Assembly: GCA_000165345.1 (NCBI GenBank)
Contig: CM000431.1
Span: 992,001-1,056,000, forward strand
Reading direction: 5' to 3'
Length of the DNA stretch: 64,000 bases
Of the stretch, positions 61,301 to 64,000 are shown one piece after another. The position numbers and the translations under genes are program-made. Within the stretch, counting starts at the first letter, position 1. The number at the start of each line of letters is the position of its first letter. Below the pieces are notes generated by a model. It saw only the letters and a list, made by a program, of their open reading frames with translations, was not told the origin of the DNA and searched no databases.

Positions 61301-62100
61301 TTTGCCATCAACCTTTTCATATTGCCCATATGAAAACCATGGTTAACATGGCCTTCAACAGAAAGTTCCTTAAGAATTTGTTTAAGTTTTATAGAACTCA
61401 TACCCATTAAGGCTTCAAAGTCTGATTGCAATGCTTCCATTGCTGGGTCTAAATGAATTCTTTTGGGGCTAAAACTTTTCAAGTAAGAACAGAATTTTAT
61501 TAGTGCTTCAGAAAAATACTCATGCTTGATAGATAGATGGTATTCCGTTAAAAATGGAGCAACTTTAGTCTTGAAAATCCCAGAGTTACTGGAAATAAAA
61601 AGATCATATGGTGTCTCCCTGCCAACATCAGGCCTCTTCCAATCGTAAAACAACAATTCACTTAATAAAGTTGCCAAGCCTGGGAATTTCTTAGGTTCCA
61701 TGGAGCTACCCACTCTAACCCCTAAAGTAATTGAAGAAAATAAACTGGATCTCTGTGATACAAGAAAAACCTGAATATCATTTTTTAATCTAATAAAACT
61801 GTATTTGTTTGAATCCTTGACTGATTTTATAAAGTCTTCATCGTAGAAACGGCTATAAGCATCATTAATGTTCTTTTTAGCTCGATATTCTGATATTCTA
61901 TTCATTCCCCCTATATAATATTGACCATCCAGAGCTAAAGAGTCGTTCTTTATCATTCTGGTACTTGATTCTACCAAAATATCACTAAAAGATGAATTGT
62001 TTGCTGTTAATGCAATATTAGAAGCTAGACATCTCTCTAAACTAAGAGAAAGCTGAACTAAAAGTCCGAATAAAAATATTTTTGAGGTCATTTTTACCAA
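58327..62100 (-). CDS. insulinase-like (M16A) secreted protein, paralogue 5 (1257 aa); HxxEH replaced by TLLSE
   Basis: Signal peptide [111 protein letters not shown] aligns with IDE [48 protein letters not shown] aligns with FPIPDLQKYYKSNP. The C-terminus has LPQGF. Confidence 0.85.
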   Translation of the reverse strand: [1257 protein letters not shown]

Positions 62101-62578
62101 CTTCTGATCAATTTCTTAGAAATCCCTAATTTATAATCAGATCTTTAAGTTATTTAAAAGTTATATACAGAATGGTGAATTCTAAATAGCTAATTTGCAT
62201 CCAAATCTTTCTTAATAGTTTGCATGGATGAGCCCAAAGTGGTTGCAGAAGACTGCTGAATTTTATTCAACCAGATTCACTAATATTTAATTACTTTTTT
62301 AAAATAATATTTTCTTTAAGGACAATTTTTCTTGGTGCCTCTCTAATCCTAAATTACCGCTGGAAAATATTAAAGCTTCAATAATTAGAAAAAAAATGCT
62401 AAGAAAATTAGTAATAGATGTAGAGTAAATATTATCTAATTAACCTAATTATAAAATAAGGTCTTTCTCACGAAAACATAGAGAAAATACTATCATTCCC
62501 AGCAAGTTATTGGGAGGAGCACGTTTGAACCAATTATGCTATTTACAAAAAATCGGTGAATGCCCACACATTAGCAAA

Positions 62579-62596
62579 GTTCCGCCAATTGGGGGA
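62579..62596. promoter_or_regulatory. E2F-like site TTCCGCCAATTGGGGGAG about 480 bp upstream of paralogue 5
   Basis: A CCGCCAA core like the other intergenic GGCGCCAA/TTCCCGCCAA sites in the window. Confidence 0.25.
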
Positions 62597-62753
62597 GTGA
62601 AAAAAAAATTGTATAAAAAGCTCAGTTCCAATAACTTAACAGAATAATTGACAATATTAGACTATAATTTGCATCATATGTATTGAAACATATGAGTAGA
62701 ACTTTTCCGCATTAACGGCAGAAAATGTAAGCATTATATTAATTTATATTTCT

Positions 62754-64000
62754 TCAATGTACGTTGAAAGAATCTTTGAATTGATAAATAGACTTGAGTC
62801 TAGTATATCCCTCAGGAACAAATTCTGATAGCTGATTAGACTGATCATCTTGGTTCCTGTTCGATTGAATTACGACTAAAATTGTAGGTGCGGTTCTGAA
62901 TGAGCTCCAAAGTTCAAGAAAACCTAAGTAGCAGAAACTTTGAAGTAAAACTGTCTCTTTTATCTGCCAATCGCTACCTAAATTTCCTCGAATGATCCTT
63001 TCGTAATGCATTTGAACGAGTTTACTAGGCTTTAGTGAGACCTTCTGAAGATTACTAAGCAGCATACTTTTCAAAGATAAGAAATCTCTTTTAGAAAAAA
63101 CTTTTTCTGGATTTAGGAAATAAATATCGAAAAACTCGAGAATAACATTTACCATGGGAATGATCTTATTAGAAAGGAATGTTACCTTAATTTGGAAGCT
63201 TGCAACATCGCGAGTAATAAACAAAGATCCAATTTGAATCGAAGAGTAACGAAGAGATTTTTTGTTTGCAATGAAGGAGTTCAAGACTTTGTGAAAATCC
63301 ACCAGCTCTAAAAGATCCAAAAGGACCATATTTCTCTCCGCATTCCCAAGGTAAATGTATAGTAGAACTGTATTGAATGGATCAGAGCTTGAAGCTCTTT
63401 GCTTAAAAAAGTAGTTTTTATGATACATAGAAGGAAGTAATTCCATATTAATAAATTTGCTATTAAATAAATTTCCTTTGTTTTCAGTATTCATTAGCAT
63501 AGGACCCATATAGCTCCGCTTAATCATTTCATCTGTTAAATCTTTATCAGATATCCAACCATAACTTTTAGTATCAAAAGCCATACTAAATTGTCCAGAA
63601 TTTATCTGCTTAAATGAATTTAACAAGCTAGCTGATGGTCTAATCATCTTTATGAATTTATTAATTCGAGCATAAATTTGGGACGGGGTAGTGTTTCCAA
63701 TGGCAACGCCATGAACTTCGCCATACTTAAGAAGAATTTTGCCAAAAAGTTTAACATCTTCAAGAGTTAAATGTTTGGCATCATTTTCTAATGACCACGA
63801 TTTAACACTTTCTAGATGCGTTATTTGCATTAATAGCATTAGAGAATAATCCTCGTTACTAGCATAGCTCAGTCTTTCTAGCAATTTCTTAAGTGCAGTA
63901 ATCGATTTTTGAAAATAACAATTAGTTATTATTGTTCTGTAATTGATTAAATTATGCGCAAAAACCATAAAGAAGTCATCAAAATATTTGGTAATACCAT
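62754..64000 (-). CDS. insulinase-like (M16A) paralogue 6, C-terminal about 415 aa only; the 5' end lies beyond the window
   Basis: The ORF stays open to the window edge. The C-terminal VPEGYTRLKS motif matches the [VI]P.G[FY] C-termini of paralogues 1-5. Same strand and same spacing as the array. Confidence 0.65.
   Translation of the reverse strand, partial: GITKYFDDFFMVFAHNLINYRTIITNCYFQKSITALKKLLERLSYASNEDYSLMLLMQITHLESVKSWSLENDAKHLTLEDVKLFGKILLKYGEVHGVAIGNTTPSQIYARINKFIKMIRPSASLLNSFKQINSGQFSMAFDTKSYGWISDKDLTDEMIKRSYMGPMLMNTENKGNLFNSKFINMELLPSMYHKNYFFKQRASSSDPFNTVLLYIYLGNAERNMVLLDLLELVDFHKVLNSFIANKKSLRYSSIQIGSLFITRDVASFQIKVTFLSNKIIPMVNVILEFFDIYFLNPEKVFSKRDFLSLKSMLLSNLQKVSLKPSKLVQMHYERIIRGNLGSDWQIKETVLLQSFCYLGFLELWSSFRTAPTILVVIQSNRNQDDQSNQLSEFVPEGYTRLKSIYQFKDSFNVH

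Overview
This is 64 kb of AT-rich, gene-dense, almost intron-free eukaryotic nuclear DNA. There are no prokaryotic hallmarks: no operon structure, no Shine-Dalgarno logic, no CRISPR and no IS elements. The organism is most likely Cryptosporidium. Three things support this: long unspliced standard-code ORFs on both strands with 100-700 bp intergenic spacers, recurrent E2F-like GGCGCCAA/TTTCCCGC promoter motifs, and a tandem array of roughly 1200-aa secreted insulinase-like (M16) paralogs. The organism assignment is an inference; I cannot run a search.

I can support about 24 protein-coding genes and one tRNA. The genes I can name, with varying confidence, are:
- CacyBP/SIP
- eIF3k
- a TMBIM/Bax-inhibitor-like membrane protein
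- a spliced proline-repeat membrane protein
- a cyclin
- a WD40-like 1317-aa protein
- an MFS hexose-transporter-like protein
- a UBA/UAS protein
- a 2878-aa UBR-box E3 ligase
- NSA2
- a 699-aa hypothetical protein
- a TAF13-like histone-fold protein
- an APC4-like protein
- tRNA-Met(CAU)
- a P5-type P-type ATPase
- a nucleolin-like protein with two RRMs and a GAR domain, transcribed divergently from a protein with four CCHC zinc knuckles

The most striking block is 41.3-64.0 kb. It holds six head-to-tail minus-strand M16A insulysin-like genes; the last runs off the window edge. All five complete copies have N-terminal signal peptides. All five have lost the catalytic HxxEH zinc-binding motif, each with a different substitution. 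This looks like a secreted pseudoprotease array.

Other points of note:
- a GT-AG intron at 5585-5741, rare in this kind of genome
- several coding tandem repeats: (PPVGPP)n, a (QE)n hexanucleotide tract, and serine/acidic nucleolin repeats
- clustered E2F-like sites in divergent promoters, including the one upstream of the APC4-like gene
- an apparently non-canonical M4 motif in the P5 ATPase
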